A DNA stretch of 64,000 nt from Octopus vulgaris (taxonomy: Eukaryota). The translations under genes were made by a program, and so were the position numbers. Under the pieces are notes generated by a model. It did not search any database. It was not told the DNA's origin and worked only from the letters and a program-made list of their open reading frames with translations. The DNA lies in assembly GCA_951406725.2 (NCBI GenBank), contig OX597818.1, positions 32,860,001 to 32,924,000 on the forward strand, given 5' to 3'. Positions 27,796 to 41,643 of the stretch are shown here, one piece after another (within the stretch, counting starts at the first letter, position 1; every line of letters begins with the position of its first letter).

Positions 27796-28049
27796 GGAGG
27801 CGCGTGTCTTAGCTTTTAGGCTGTTAGACTCATGATTTTAAGATTATTGTTACGCTTCCTGGATCGGGCAGCAGGTTGTGTTCTCGAGTAAAACTACTTC
27901 GTTTCAAGTTGTTCTAGTCCACTCAGCTGGCAAAAATGAGTAATCCTGCGACGAACCGGCGTCCGGTCCAGGTGGGGAATTTATAAACCATGGAAGCTGG
28001 GAAACCAGCCCTTATGAGTCGACATGAGACGGGAAGGAATTTTACTTTT
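27796..28049 (+). mobile_element. SINE family B
   Basis: Collinear with 4712-4955 (GTCCACTCAGCTGGCAAAAATGAGTAA). Confidence 0.85.
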
Positions 28050-29519
28050 CTGGCTATTAGACACATCGTCTTTCTTCGACTTCAACGGAGAAAGGAGGTA
28101 GACACATATTAAAGAGTATATTTATGGATAATTAAATGTACTTTATTTAATTGAATTTTATTTATTTGAACTCAGAACGAAGCGGCAGACGAAATACCGC
28201 TAAGCATTTTAATTGTGCAAGTTAATTTGTGCAATTAAAACAAAAATGAGTTAAAAGAAATAGCTTAGCGTCCCAACTGGTATGAATCTCGAAAACAAAG
28301 GGAATAAATGTATATTTAAATACCATGCAATAGTTAATGGTACATCAATTAAAGAGAATTTTTATGCTTAATTTTTGTATCCTCTTCTCATTCTGAATAT
28401 GCTTCATTACGAAACCAGTTCAGCTAATTCCTATTTAGCAACATCGAGCCCACGAGGAGATTTATGTGCTGGTCTGGCATGCTAGAAATCGCCACAAAGT
28501 CTCATTCAAACTACACTCTGTCATCTTAAAATGTTGGAAGGACACAATCGGTTCTGCAGTCCTCAATATACTGTACGAAAATAATACGGGATTGTCACTG
28601 TAGAAATGTCTAAGCAACGTTATTTTTCTACATAATGTACCTGCACACGCTATTTAGTAAAGACCATCAAACTGCACTTTCTGTCTTAAACGCATTTTCT
28701 CTATTTTCACCGTGGTATCTGTATTACATGCCCTGTTTATTAATTTACTCTATTGTGTTATAAATTCTACTGTTGATAATTACATTCCAGTATCCGTATT
28801 AATTCTGTCCCTAGCATTAAACTTGTACCTATATATACAACTAGTTACGGTTCCTTTTCCTGTTCCACTATCTCTACAAAATAGGGTTTGCACATCAGAT
28901 AACATACATATTAAATGTGTTAAATATTTCCTATCACTTACAACTTCCATTTTATTTTAGACTAATTATACCACAACCAGGACATTGCTCGAAAATCTCA
29001 TAGTGCGCGCCTGTTTTTGAGCGTGTATTTATATCTATCTAGCTTATTAATGTGCATAAGTACACACACACACACACACACACGCACACACACACACATA
29101 TACACACACACACATACACACACACACAAACACACACACACATATCACTACTTAAATATAAACTAAAGCCCGCACGCACACACTTAAACCCACCTTTACA
29201 CTTAGATACTTAGATAATAAATATTTATTTTACAAGCTGCTGAGATCAGTAGCAGTTAACTATTTGACCTTTAGAGATCTAACGTATATATCAATATAGG
29301 GGTCAATCGTATTGAACTTCAGAGAGAATATATGGTACAAATACCCAACAGCTAGGTGGACAAGGAGCAATATAGCATAAAATGTTCCTCCCAGAAACAG
29401 ATGCAATGTGAATCTAAATAAGAAGTGCAATACAGAGGTTGGTTTTTGAGACAGTGTAAGGAAGTTGAGAAACGAAAGGCAGGTGGGTTGTGGGACCGTA
29501 ATTAAGGTATTAGCGAACA

Positions 29520-29945
29520 GTCGCAGGCTTTGCTGTCTAGTTAAGAAGTTCTCTTCATAGCCACGTAGTTTCGTGTTCAATCCTATTACAAGGCACGTTG
29601 GGTAGGTGTCTTCTACTTTAGTTGTGGGCGGATAAATGCCATCTGAGGAAAATCTGGTGGAAGGAAACTGTAGAGAATCCCATCGAATGTGTGTGTTAGT
29701 ATGTATCTATATGTGTGTGTGTACGTGTGTTTGTGAGTGTGTTGGGGGCGTGTGTGCTGCATGTGCGTGTGCATGTTTATGTGTTTCTGCTGTTTTCATC
29801 GTTTCACAACTCGCCATCACCGAAGAACGAGCACTTAAAATAAAAAGCATGTACTGGAACTGATTTAATGGACTAAACTCTACGAGACAGTGCTACATAG
29901 TAGACAGAATGACTGAAAGAAATGACATAAAATATAAAAGAAATC
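29520..29945 (+). mobile_element. SINE family A, highly diverged
   Basis: TTGGGTAGGTGTCTTCTACT, GGAAACTG and terminal GACTGAAA appear in family order. Confidence 0.6.
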
Positions 29946-30114
29946 AGGAATGAATATTTTCGTATTTATTCTTAACACATCTAGGCTGGTTCAGACGCAA
30001 AATATGGTAGGCGCTGTAATGTATGTCTTAGGAGAAAAAAATTCTCTCTTTTAGATAACAATGTGCACCGTACACTCGTCTCATTGGCGCACGGCAGATA
30101 CACACACACATACG

Positions 30115-30148
<34 letters not shown>

Positions 30149-30908
30149 TACATGTGTGTGTATATATATATATATATGTATATATATAGAAATATATATG
30201 TATATATACACACACACACACACACACATACATGTGTGTGTGTGTAAACCACTTATATTTGTGTAATGACACATTAACGTCGGAAGCCGGGCCCAGTATA
30301 AACCGTATGACCATGGAGCACCCAATTCTCTCCGTATATATATATGTATTTACCATATATATTTATGGCTGATTGAATGAAATGCCAAATCATATACCAT
30401 AAAATTAATGTGGGTGGGTGAGCGCAAAATAAAACCGTATAGGCAAAATTTGGTCTTCACTAATTGTGACTATGTTCCACAAGCACATATATCACTAGAA
30501 ATAATAGTCAAACCACTTATAGTTGCGTAAAAGCACATTTATATATACTGGCAGGGTAGATAACTGTCAAAGCTAAAACACTGGACTGGACAATTTCATC
30601 CTCATGGAAATTGCCAACAGTGTGCCTCTTACCAAAACGGACATATAGTGTACTGTTACGTGATGGTAAAATTAACAAAAAGAAATAAATACTAATTACT
30701 TAATTAACACAATATATGTTTTTATGTGGTACTAATGGTTTCACAGGATGAAAACATTTCAAACAGCATTTTTAAACACGCTTGGGGCTTTCACGCAATC
30801 CTTAGACTAATATATGCGTGTGTATATATAGAAGTCACTTACTAAAGGTGGCACATAGTGGAACTGAACCTAAAACCATGTGGTCGGGAAGCAAGCTTCT
30901 AACCACAA

Positions 30909-30953
<45 letters not shown>

Positions 30954-31380
30954 TACACACACATACATACACATGTATGTAGGGTTAGCTAACGCTATCT
31001 TGTGGCAGAGCAAGCAAGGGAGAGAGACAACCAACTCTAATATTGCTGAGATATATTGAAAATTTAGGTCTATTTTTTATTTAATCTCATTTCTTAGCTT
31101 CATACAAACGAATTTTTCCATGCATTTCTACACAGTACGCTGTTTGATTATAAAGCAATTAAGTAAGTAATGATAACCCAGATACTTCGGGATTTGCGAC
31201 TCTTGTTAGCTGGTTCCCAAAATATTATCTAACACGTAATTTCTAGTAACCGTATTTAACTCCAAGGTGCATATTTTGTTGTTGAAATTATTACAAATAA
31301 GACGACCCGACATTTTAAATATATTTATATATGCTTGGTGCATGCCTGCATTTACATTCCCCCACCACATATTTATGTAT

Positions 31381-31415
<35 letters not shown>

Positions 31416-31629
31416 CACTCACACACACATTTGAAAGAATAAGCAGAGGTGGCTTTTTTTGAGGGGATACTTTTTATTTTAACCTTTAATAATGCTTACA
31501 GTGAGCAGCTTTTTTGAGGGGATACTTTTTATTTTAATCTTAATGATAAAGTGCGTTACAGTGAGTAACGCACTTTAAACATTAATATTAAGATTAAAAT
31601 AAAAAATTATCTCTGCTCATTCTCTCTCA

Positions 31630-31694
<65 letters not shown>

Positions 31695-33007
31695 ATATAT
31701 CTATATATATATGTGTGTGTATATGTGTGTATATATATAATATATACGTACGTACATTTATATTTATGAATATATACATATTGATAGATATGTATATGTA
31801 TATATATATATATACATATATATACATATATATGTATGTGTCTTTGTCTGTGTGGTGGTGGTGGTGGTGGTGGGTTTGTTTGTCTTCCAGTTTGTTTCTG
31901 TGCAATTCAATACGCGTACGTATCTCCTGTAACACTTTCCCGCTTAATACCTTCCATTATTCCGTTCTGTTTATCTATTTGTGTCTGACCTTTCTTCACC
32001 TCAGGTACAACTATATTGACACGTTTCTAAATATTACCATCTCCGACTGACGTTCTAATCGATGTCCGGACATATCACCACTCAATCTTATCGATAATGA
32101 TTTGCACCTCGTAACCTATCCTAACCCTGTAGGGGCCCAATACACATACACGCACACAAACCAGCTCATTCACACACATAATCACATGCTCACATACACG
32201 CGCTCGCACACATATACGTATACATACACTTATGTACACACATGTTTATACCTATACTTATATGTACAGATACCTATGCACACATACACGCCTATATGCA
32301 CAAGCACACACCTATACAGACATGTAGCTATACATGCGCACACACATACTCCCATCCGTAGATCATTTTTATAAATATATTGCTGAACAAAACTGACTCG
32401 TATCTTCATACTCACGAACAAAAATTGCCAGACGTACATAATTCTATATTCAAACATACACACATACAGCACACATGCACTCTCTCTCTCCCACTCTCGC
32501 ACACACACACACACACATTTGTATTTATGAGGAACATCTTTCTCTTCTAGATTGTCTCGTACTGAATACACGATATTTAATTTTATAATATTTATCATTG
32601 CTTACCATATTTTCGAGTATGAATTCCTTGTAGTTTGTTTCCAACAATTCCTAAATATACTTATAAATCTAATACATTTACCAACTTCATTATTTCTAGA
32701 CTTTCATAGCCTTATCATCAGAATGAAGTGATGTTACTCTTCGTAGTTGCTTCGTTATACCAAGAAACCGCGCATTCATTTGGTAACAATTCTTTTTGGA
32801 ATTCGGGTTTTTAATGTTAGCTCTATACATCAGCAGATGTCATTTTTTTGTATTGAGACTAGTGTATGTTAGCTTTGCGTTTGTTTTAACATTGTGTTTA
32901 CAAATCAATATTTCTGTTTTTATTAATCATTTAGTTTTCGAATGGATTCCGTAGAGTAACATTTTGTTGCTCACTAATATTCTCCTTTTCAATTTTCTTC
33001 TGTATTA

Positions 33008-33529
33008 CCGTAAATCCTCGAGTATAGTCCGCCCTTGAGTATAATAGGCAGGGGATATTTAGGGGGCTGTACCTCTGAAAAACCTAAACCTTGTGTATAA
33101 TACGCACCCCTTCTCTAACTTGAGTCAAGGAGGTCTATATAACGTCCTTGGTTTGTAAAAATGTATACGGTAACGTCCTTTATTATTATTGTATATATAA
33201 CATAATGCAAACGTGTAGCTTTTTTGTGCATTTTGTTTGCAGTAAAATAAAGAAATAACAGTAATAACAGTAATAACGTTTAATAAATGTTGCTTACTGC
33301 AAGTTATGGATGATCCTTTTATGACTTCATTGCTTTCTGGCTTAGCTTAAGGTATTTTCGCGCCCGACATCACAAAATGCGTCTGAATAAACATAGCCAG
33401 ACAGCAAATAGAGACTCGGACGCTGCTTAGAAAATAATTTTTATTTTTAACCTCGTATATAGTACGCACTATGGATTTTGACCTTTAAATTTTGAGAAAA
33501 AAGTGCGGATTATACTCGAGGATTTACGG
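33008..33529. mobile_element. Tc1/mariner-superfamily (Tc2/pogo-type) MITE
   Basis: 25-bp TIRs CCGTAAATCCTCGAGTATA(G/A)TCCGC with one mismatch, TA on both flanks, subterminal TATA(A/G)TACGCAC repeats. Confidence 0.9.
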
Positions 33530-33894
33530 TAATTAGTGCATTATATGTACCTCTTGTATATACACCTGTTAATCCCGCAAGAGAATGCTATATATGCATG
33601 ATCAGTATATCATTTAGAACTGTGAATTATACAAATTCGTAATCGGATTAATTAGTTACATTGGTCATTAGCAACTTCTGCTGTTAATTTTGGTTTGCAA
33701 TCGACAAGAAAATTCTCAATTGCTGTACATACAATTAGTACTAATTCCCACTTTAGTGTCCTGCATTTTGTGTTCTGCTTTTATTTGATTTTGGAAATAT
33801 GTTCATTTCTTCTGTAATTAATTATCCTTTGTCTTTTAATTGTTTCAGTCATTAAATTTTGGCCATGGTGTGGCAATATGCGTTTTATGATTGA

Positions 33895-34287
33895 CTAGCA
33901 GTATCGCCCGGCGTTGCTCGGGTTTGTAAGGGAAATAACTATATAAGCATTTTTAGAGAGTTATAGCCAAAAAAATAGCAAAAAATGCATTAAAAATGGA
34001 AAAAAATTATGGTAATTTTTTTTTTAAATCGTTGACTCATCGTAGACATTTTTAGAGAGATACTTCCCTTATATTAAAAAAATATGCATTAAAATGGAAA
34101 AAAATATGGTAATTTTTTTTTTAAATCGTAGACTCATCGTAGACGCGCGCTAATACCCAGAAGGGCTTGATATGAATCACGACTATAAGCTACCCGGTTT
34201 TGGTTAAACTGCACCGCAAAATGTGGGAGTAGTTAGGAATCTAAATCGGAGTAGACAGACACACAACCTTTCTTTTATATATAAAGA
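33895..34287 (-). mobile_element. Non-autonomous Helitron
   Basis: Minus strand starts TC(TTTATATATAAAAG) and ends with hairpin CCCGAGCAACGCCGGG then CTAG; inserted between A and T; internal ~99-bp tandem duplication. Confidence 0.88.
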
Positions 34288-34489
34288 TATGCTTTATACA
34301 TTTATTATGTGGACGCCCCCAGACAATGAAGTAGACTAGCCTAATACATAGACATAGAGGAAGAAGTCTAGACGTCAGGAGTAGTAGAGAGTAGAGAATG
34401 GAGTTGAGTAGAGGTCATCCGAACGCGCGACATAACAACATTCTTCCTTAGGGCTCAAGTTCACAGCATTCTATGTAGTCACACAAGAG

Positions 34490-35490
34490 AACAAAGACTT
34501 AAACATGAGATATGTTGACGCTATATTTGTCCTAATGGAAGCATTGGAAAATATCCAAGACCTACAAAAACACCTCCGTCTAAATAGATAATACAAATAA
34601 AACTAATAACCATAGAAATACTATTTTTAGACATAGCTATTGAGATAGAAGCGGCAAAAACATCACGTCCTTTTACAATAAAATTACAAATAAGTATATA
34701 TTGCCAGAGCGAACATTCACAGCGAATATCCAGAGATGGGAGAAACACCATTGGTTAAAATCTTGCTTTGAAGGACATTTACATACATTCCTTCCAACAA
34801 AGAAACCTATCGATTAAGAGGCGGCGAGCGGGCAGAAACGTTAGCACACCGGGCGAAATGCGTAGCCGTATTTCGTCTGATGTTATGTTCTGAGTTCAAA
34901 TTCCGCCGAGGTCGACTTTGCCTTTCATCCTTTCGGACTCGAAGTACCAGTTACGCACTGGGGTCGATGTAATCGACTTAATCCGTTTGTCTGTCCTTGT
35001 TTGTCCTCTCTATGTTTTGCCCCTCGTGGGTAATAAAGAAATAGGTATTTCGTCTGCCGTTACGTTCTGAGTTCAAATTCCGCCGAGGTCGACTTTGCCT
35101 TTTATCCTTTCGGGGTAGATAAATTAAGTACCAGTTACGCACTGGGGTCGATGTAATCGACTTAATCCGTTTGTCTGTCCTTGTTTGACCCCTCTTTGTG
35201 TAGCCCCTTGTGGGCTATAAAGAAATAGGTATTTCGTCTGCCGCTACGTTCTGAGTTAAAATCCGCTGAGGTCGACTTTGCCTTTCATCTTTTCGGGCTC
35301 GATAAATTAAGTATCAGTTACGCACTGGGGTCGATGTAATCGACTTAATCCGTTTGTCTGTCTTTGTTTGCCCTCTCAGTGTTTAACCCCTTGTGGATAG
35401 TAAAGAAATAGATTAAGAAACCCATCGTATAAAGCACTCATCAACAAAGGGCGTAGTAACAAACTAAGAGATCAAAACCATGAATGATAC
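34490..35490 (+). pseudogene. Decayed Penelope-like reverse transcriptase fragment, split by a SINE C trimer
   Basis: Translates as MRYVDAIFVL (cf. RYVDDIF) at ~34505 and EILFLDIAI (cf. LPFLDV) at ~34615; LINKG after the SINE. Stops and frameshifts throughout. Confidence 0.65.
34820..35410 (+). mobile_element. SINE family C trimer with target-site duplication
   Basis: Head plus three ~180-bp units (from ~34868, 35046, 35229), flanked by GATTAAGA at 34812-34819 and 35411-35418. Confidence 0.93.
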
Positions 35491-36130
35491 AGGGGAGATA
35501 CAAAAATTAGACGGGTAGTTATGGAAGGACAATTGTAAATTGAACCACACAAGGCAAAGTCACAAAGAAACTTAAACGGTGGTGATGAGGTATAAATCAA
35601 AAGATCAGTTTTCAAATTTGACTCTACTATCATTTTGACTCTATTAAGGCAGCAACAGCTATTAACACATTCTCATATTGACGATGACACTCTGAAGATA
35701 TAGATACACTGAAGATATGTTTAAGAAATATAGTTCTCCAAACTGCAGTGAAATCATGCGAAAAAGAACCTGATTAGAAAAATGAAATCTATAACTTTGG
35801 CGAATAGTCAATATCATAAAATGTGTGTGTGTGTGTACGTGTGTGTCTGCGTGTCTGTGTGTATGAGTGTGTGTGTGTGTGTGTAGGGAGGGAGGTACGC
35901 GCGCATTTACGTATGCATATAGATTTGAAGTGTAATATAGAATCGTGTGGGTTTCATGGAGGTATTCTCTAACGGACTCCATCTAACAATCGTTTACCGT
36001 TTAGAATTATGAACCGGTTAAATGTTTACATCTATCTTCTCCTACATGAGTCCGTATACATCTTTGTTATATTGAGATATGTGTATATATATGTACGTAT
36101 ATGTGCGTATGTCTATGTCGATATATATTC

Positions 36131-36214
<84 letters not shown>

Positions 36215-36293
36215 ATATACATGCCTTTAATCTGGTATTTATGTGTATTTATATGTATACATGTGCATATATATAATATATATATAGATATAT

Positions 36294-36615
36294 TCAAGAT
36301 GTAGGACAAGATACTGTGATAGCCTGGGCTTCCGAGGCCCACAGCTCTTCAATATCCTCCCGAAGAACCTAAGGGACCTGCATGGGGTGGATGCCGATGT
36401 CTTTAAAATGAAACTGGATCTCTTCTTGTCAGGTGTCCCAGATGAACCAGCTTCACGGCAGGAGGTGTAGGTGAGGGCAGCTGCATCGAACTCTCTCATG
36501 CACCAGATGGCATTTGCTAAAAAGCATTCGTGAAGTAAAATCATGTAGCAACACCAAAAAATGGCGGTGCCCCAGCATGGCCACAGCTTGTGAGCTGAAA
36601 CTAAATAAAATAAAA
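36294..36615 (+). mobile_element. 5'-truncated CR1/L2-group LINE (ORF2 C-terminus and 3' UTR)
   Basis: 36297-36533 reads RCRTRYCDSLGFRGPQLFNILPKNLRDLHGVDADVFKMKLDLFLSGVPDEPASRQEV*VRAAASNSLMHQ.., typical of the ORF2 end of this group; one internal TAG; (TAAAA)n tail. Confidence 0.85.
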
Positions 36616-36631
36616 TATATATATATATTTT

Positions 36632-36664
<33 letters not shown>

Positions 36665-36866
36665 GGTGTGTGTATATATCTGTGTATGTGTGCGTATGTG
36701 TATGAACGTAGCTCTATCTATATAATGTGTTTCCATTTATATTGTTTTCAGTATTCAGTATGTATATCATCATTTACTGTATATGTAAAAATCTGTACAT
36801 ATCTAAGTGAATATTTACATGTGTGTGTACGTGTGTGTATGTGTGGGTGAATATATGCATATATGC

Positions 36867-36959
<93 letters not shown>

Positions 36960-37070
36960 TATATATAAATTTATATATGCATATATTTATATATATATAT
37001 ATATGTATGCATATATATATATTTATATATGCATATATTTATATATATATATATATGTATGCACATATAC

Positions 37071-37132
<62 letters not shown>

Positions 37133-38478
37133 GTAAGTATATATAAATATGTATAAATATGTACGTAAAGAATTGGGATGCCAAAATAAAAGTAATCGTT
37201 TATTCCTCGTCTATCCCACTTTCTTATTACCACTCCTTACTCGACTGACACTTCGTTCTGAAGCATATGTACATTGAGTTATAACACCAGGTTATTAGGA
37301 TCGCTCAGCTTAAGCAAAATATTATAATATGCATATATGTATGTATATATTTGCGTGTCTGCATTTTTATGTATGTTTGCATATATGTATATATATATGA
37401 TTGTGTCTGTGTGCGTATGCGTGTATTTATACACAGTTGTGTGTATGGGTGTGTATCCACATAGGATTTACTATATATATGTGGATCTATACATGAAAAT
37501 ACGTTTGCATATATATATATATGTATTACTATAACTACTTTACTTCTTTTTATCCTCTCCTGTTTTTAGTTAATATTAAGGATATTGAATTCTCTGAACT
37601 TAGATGTAGCTCTTTAATCGATAAGAGTCAACGTATCTTTATTTTCACTGACCATCCCAAGTTAATTATACCTAATCTCAGTCTTCCATATGTTGTAATA
37701 TAACGAGAGAATTGTGTATGTATACTTAGAGTTAAATCGTGTTTTTTATTTGCATTGATTTGTAAATATGCAATTGTTTTGAATAATGCATGGTATACAT
37801 AAATTAAAGCAGACATGAAAACATAAATAAATTATAATTGCATAAACATGGGTGCGAAACTCGTAATCCTAAAGATATCATGTTGCTAAATATATTCACC
37901 TGTCATATCACTTGACATACCCTGACTTGTTTATACATGCATAAATCTCTCTCTCTCTCTCTCTCCAGCATCGATATTCTTCCCTGTGTTTATGAAATCC
38001 TTGTATCTCTGCAGTAAGCCTTCATTTCCACACGTGCAATACTTATTCAATTCGTCCTTAATCGAAAGATACCTGTTGTTATGTCCTGTTATTATTTTGT
38101 AATATTTATAATTGTGTAACATTGTCCGTTTTTTCCGTCCTTGTTTTTGTATACATTCACTGCTTTCTTCCAAGGAATCTAATGCGCTTAGCTTAGTTTT
38201 TCCTTGGAGCTGGCCAGATTGGAGCAATCTCAAGAATATTCAGCCGAAATTGCGAGGATAATTTGGTGTTTGACTGAAGAAAGAAAACGTCGAATGACCC
38301 GTTCTTGTTTTCTTTGTTTCGTCCATTGGGATGTTTTGCGTATTTGTCCCATTTTGTATTATTTATATATATATATATATACATATATAGGGAGAGTTTA
38401 CGAAAAACTAAAAGACGAAGACGGGTGGTGTACAAAATAAACAGATGTATTAGGATAACGCTCAGGAATAGAAAAAGT

Positions 38479-38514
38479 CTTTTATGTTTCGAGCCTACGC
38501 TCTTCTACAGAAAG
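38479..38514 (-). ncRNA. Degenerate minimal Penelope-type hammerhead motif
   Basis: Minus strand CUUU-CUGUAGA-A-GAGC(GUAG)GCUC-GAAA-CA-UA-AAAG; stems I and II pair, but core A6 is U. Confidence 0.45.
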
Positions 38515-39619
38515 GGACACAGAAAAACAAGGAGAGAAAAGGGAGAGAAAAAAATGTGTGTAGTGGCTAACGATCTATCATGGCGATGTCACTAATTATA
38601 TATAATTAGTGACATCACTTAGTGATCTTACTACCAATACACTAAAACTAAAGGTACAATTTTGATTTAGCAAGAATGAAATTGGGAGTAGCTGCCGATG
38701 GGATTTGAACCAAGAACGTTTCTGGATGAAAGTGAATGCTGTAATACCACTAGTTTAGAGATATATACAATCTACCATGCTCCGACTTATTCTGACTTCA
38801 GATCCAAATTCGAAACGTAACCAATGCTCTGTTTGGTGGAGTTATGTGCTTATTTATTTAGCGATATCTTTCAACTCATTTCTTATTGCACCAATAATAT
38901 TGTGTTGATAGCTTTGAAGTTGAGAGCCCAGGTAGAATGTATTTAACTTGACTTTTCACTACATAAAAATCCGCAATCAGAGAGTGAGAGAAAGAGGGAG
39001 AAGGAGAGAGAGAGAGGGGTAAGAGATCGGTAGAGAGAGAGGGTGGGAGAGAGAAAGAGAGAGCTGTGAAAAACTGTTGAAAATGTCAGCTGGATTAAAT
39101 TGTAGACTTCTCAAATAACAACACAGTACATTTTCTCAAACTTCTTGGCTACTCCTGTCAAAATTTCATATTAAGATCAAAGCTTACATCTACAACATTT
39201 CATGGAAAGACAAAAACGAAAGCTTTCACGAACTTAATTTACTGAGGCACTTTTCACTAAACATTCTCACACACATATAAATATATATTTTTTTCTTTTA
39301 CAAGGAATTATAATCTGTCACACAAGAACGGAAAATTCAATCAAATGAAGAATATATAGAAAATAAACTATATACGCTTACAAGCAAATTATTCTAAACA
39401 AATACATTCTTTGTAAGTGATAGTCAAAGGTACCGTAAGTAGATGCTTGTGGTTTGAGTTCACAGCTTTCTAATCAGATAAAGCTTGGATAATCACCTTT
39501 ATCTCTTACCCTGTCATATGCATATATCCCCTTTTGAGGAAGAAAAGCAAATAATTCATAGAACTTATGTATGTCCATATGTATGTATTTATGTATGTGA
39601 GTATATGTATGTATATGTA

Positions 39620-39700
<81 letters not shown>

Positions 39701-39753
39701 TCATATATATTTATATATCTGTATATATATACATATATCTGTATATATACATA

Positions 39754-39798
<45 letters not shown>

Positions 39799-40414
39799 AC
39801 ATTTATGTAGGCGTGTATGTATATACACACAGACACACATGTATATATATATATAGATAGATAGATAGAAAAATAGATAGATATGTATATGTATATATAT
39901 ATATATATATAAGTTACATATCTTTTCGACCATATGTCATACAACAGATGGATGTGTTTACATTGCTGTCTATTTATATCTGTGTTACGAAAACATCATC
40001 AAAACTCTCCGTAAGTCCATCCAATAACCCTTTGCCTGGAGTGGCAGGGCGGGGGGACACATTTGTTAGAATCATATTTCAGGATGAACAACGATCCGTT
40101 AAAATGAACTGGACAAAGATTATAGAGTTCCTAATCTCGCTGTTGAAAGAGATAAGATACCACCCAGATACGAGTATATTTTTTTAATTGTCAAAAAATT
40201 TTGAGTTTACCTCTAAACATGTCAAGTAGCTGGTTGGAAAATTTCTATAAGAGATGAATGTTTATCGCCACCTCAATATGGCTTGTTCCACGAAATCACG
40301 GTACCGTTTTTAACCCCAGAACAAGCTTTCTCCCGCTGGTTTTCTATTCAAATTGCACCCGAAATATCTTTCAAGCAGAACAAATCCCTACCATCTTCTA
40401 GCAGACGACGGGAT

Positions 40415-40964
40415 GCGAAATTTTTTTTTTCTACGACAGTTCCGGACCCCAGTAATGAACTCATTTGCATACAGCCAATTAGAGCTCACCTTGACCATGT
40501 CAAGTTAACTAACACACTCTATCAAGTAAACTCAAGACGAAGATTGGTGTTGTAAGTCGACCGCCCGCCAAGTTATGCCTGATTTTAGAAGGAGACAAGT
40601 AATTAGATAGATTTGCATCAATAACTATTATCGGATTTTGTTAGGGCCCCATATGGTTAAGATGTGGATGGGGAAAATTTGGGAAGAGGGTGATGTGCTA
40701 TCAACCCTCTCCCCTTAATGTTTTACAGAGTAAACAGCAACACAAATAACTATGCAGAGGCGGCCATGGTTGAAACAAGAACACGAACAAGATGCATTAT
40801 CAAAAGAGAAAAGGAGCATGGTCATTCCTTATCCAAGTGACCTTATCTTATCGCCCATAAATTGTTATGGGCTCATAAATTACTTTGATATTTGAGCTCC
40901 GTTTGGTTATATGCAAATGAGTTCATAACTGAGGTCTGGAACTCTCGTGGGAAAAAAATTTCGC
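40415..40964. mobile_element. Relic with ~73-bp imperfect inverted repeats (probable DNA transposon or MITE)
   Basis: 40415-40488 is the reverse complement of 40893-40964 (AGTTCC.GACC.CAGT.ATGAACTCATTTGCATA). Confidence 0.7.
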
Positions 40965-41595
40965 CGACGGAATCAGCAAACCGTACGTTTTGGGGCAATT
41001 TGTGCTTATCCTCAGTGGTGAACACCCGGCCGCTAGGGATAGCAGTAATACTCTCCAGCTCGTAATATATATATAGAAAACTAAGCGACAATCACTCACT
41101 AATCTTACAACACGTTTTCATAAAGTATAGTGATAACAGTAACTTCTTATACCTCACTAGGAGCCCCATACCTATCGTAAACATACACACAAACAAGTAC
41201 ACGCACTTTAAGAATTATATATAACTGTCTGTATGTATAAGTGTGTGAGTATGCATACGTGGGGTTTAGTATTAGGAGTGTTTGGAACTCACTAGTTAGA
41301 TGAGGTATTCAGTTCTTGGAGAGGGCAGTGCAGCAGGTTTTGTAATTGAAGAAAGCATTTCATTTAAAGTTGCTTCAGTCTTGACAATTGCAAGGAATAC
41401 AAGTCGTGTGCTGATGCAGCTTTCTCTTCTGCCGGTTACTATATCCGGAATGTTCATCCGGGTCTAAGGTGGGAGATTAGAAACGTGCCTAAATTTGCTC
41501 ACCAATAAACAGGAACCTGAAACAACGAAAGCGTCGTAAGAAAACTACTAGGGCATAGTCACTCTAGACGGCCAGCCAGCCAGCCAAACGCTTAT

Positions 41596-41643
<48 letters not shown>

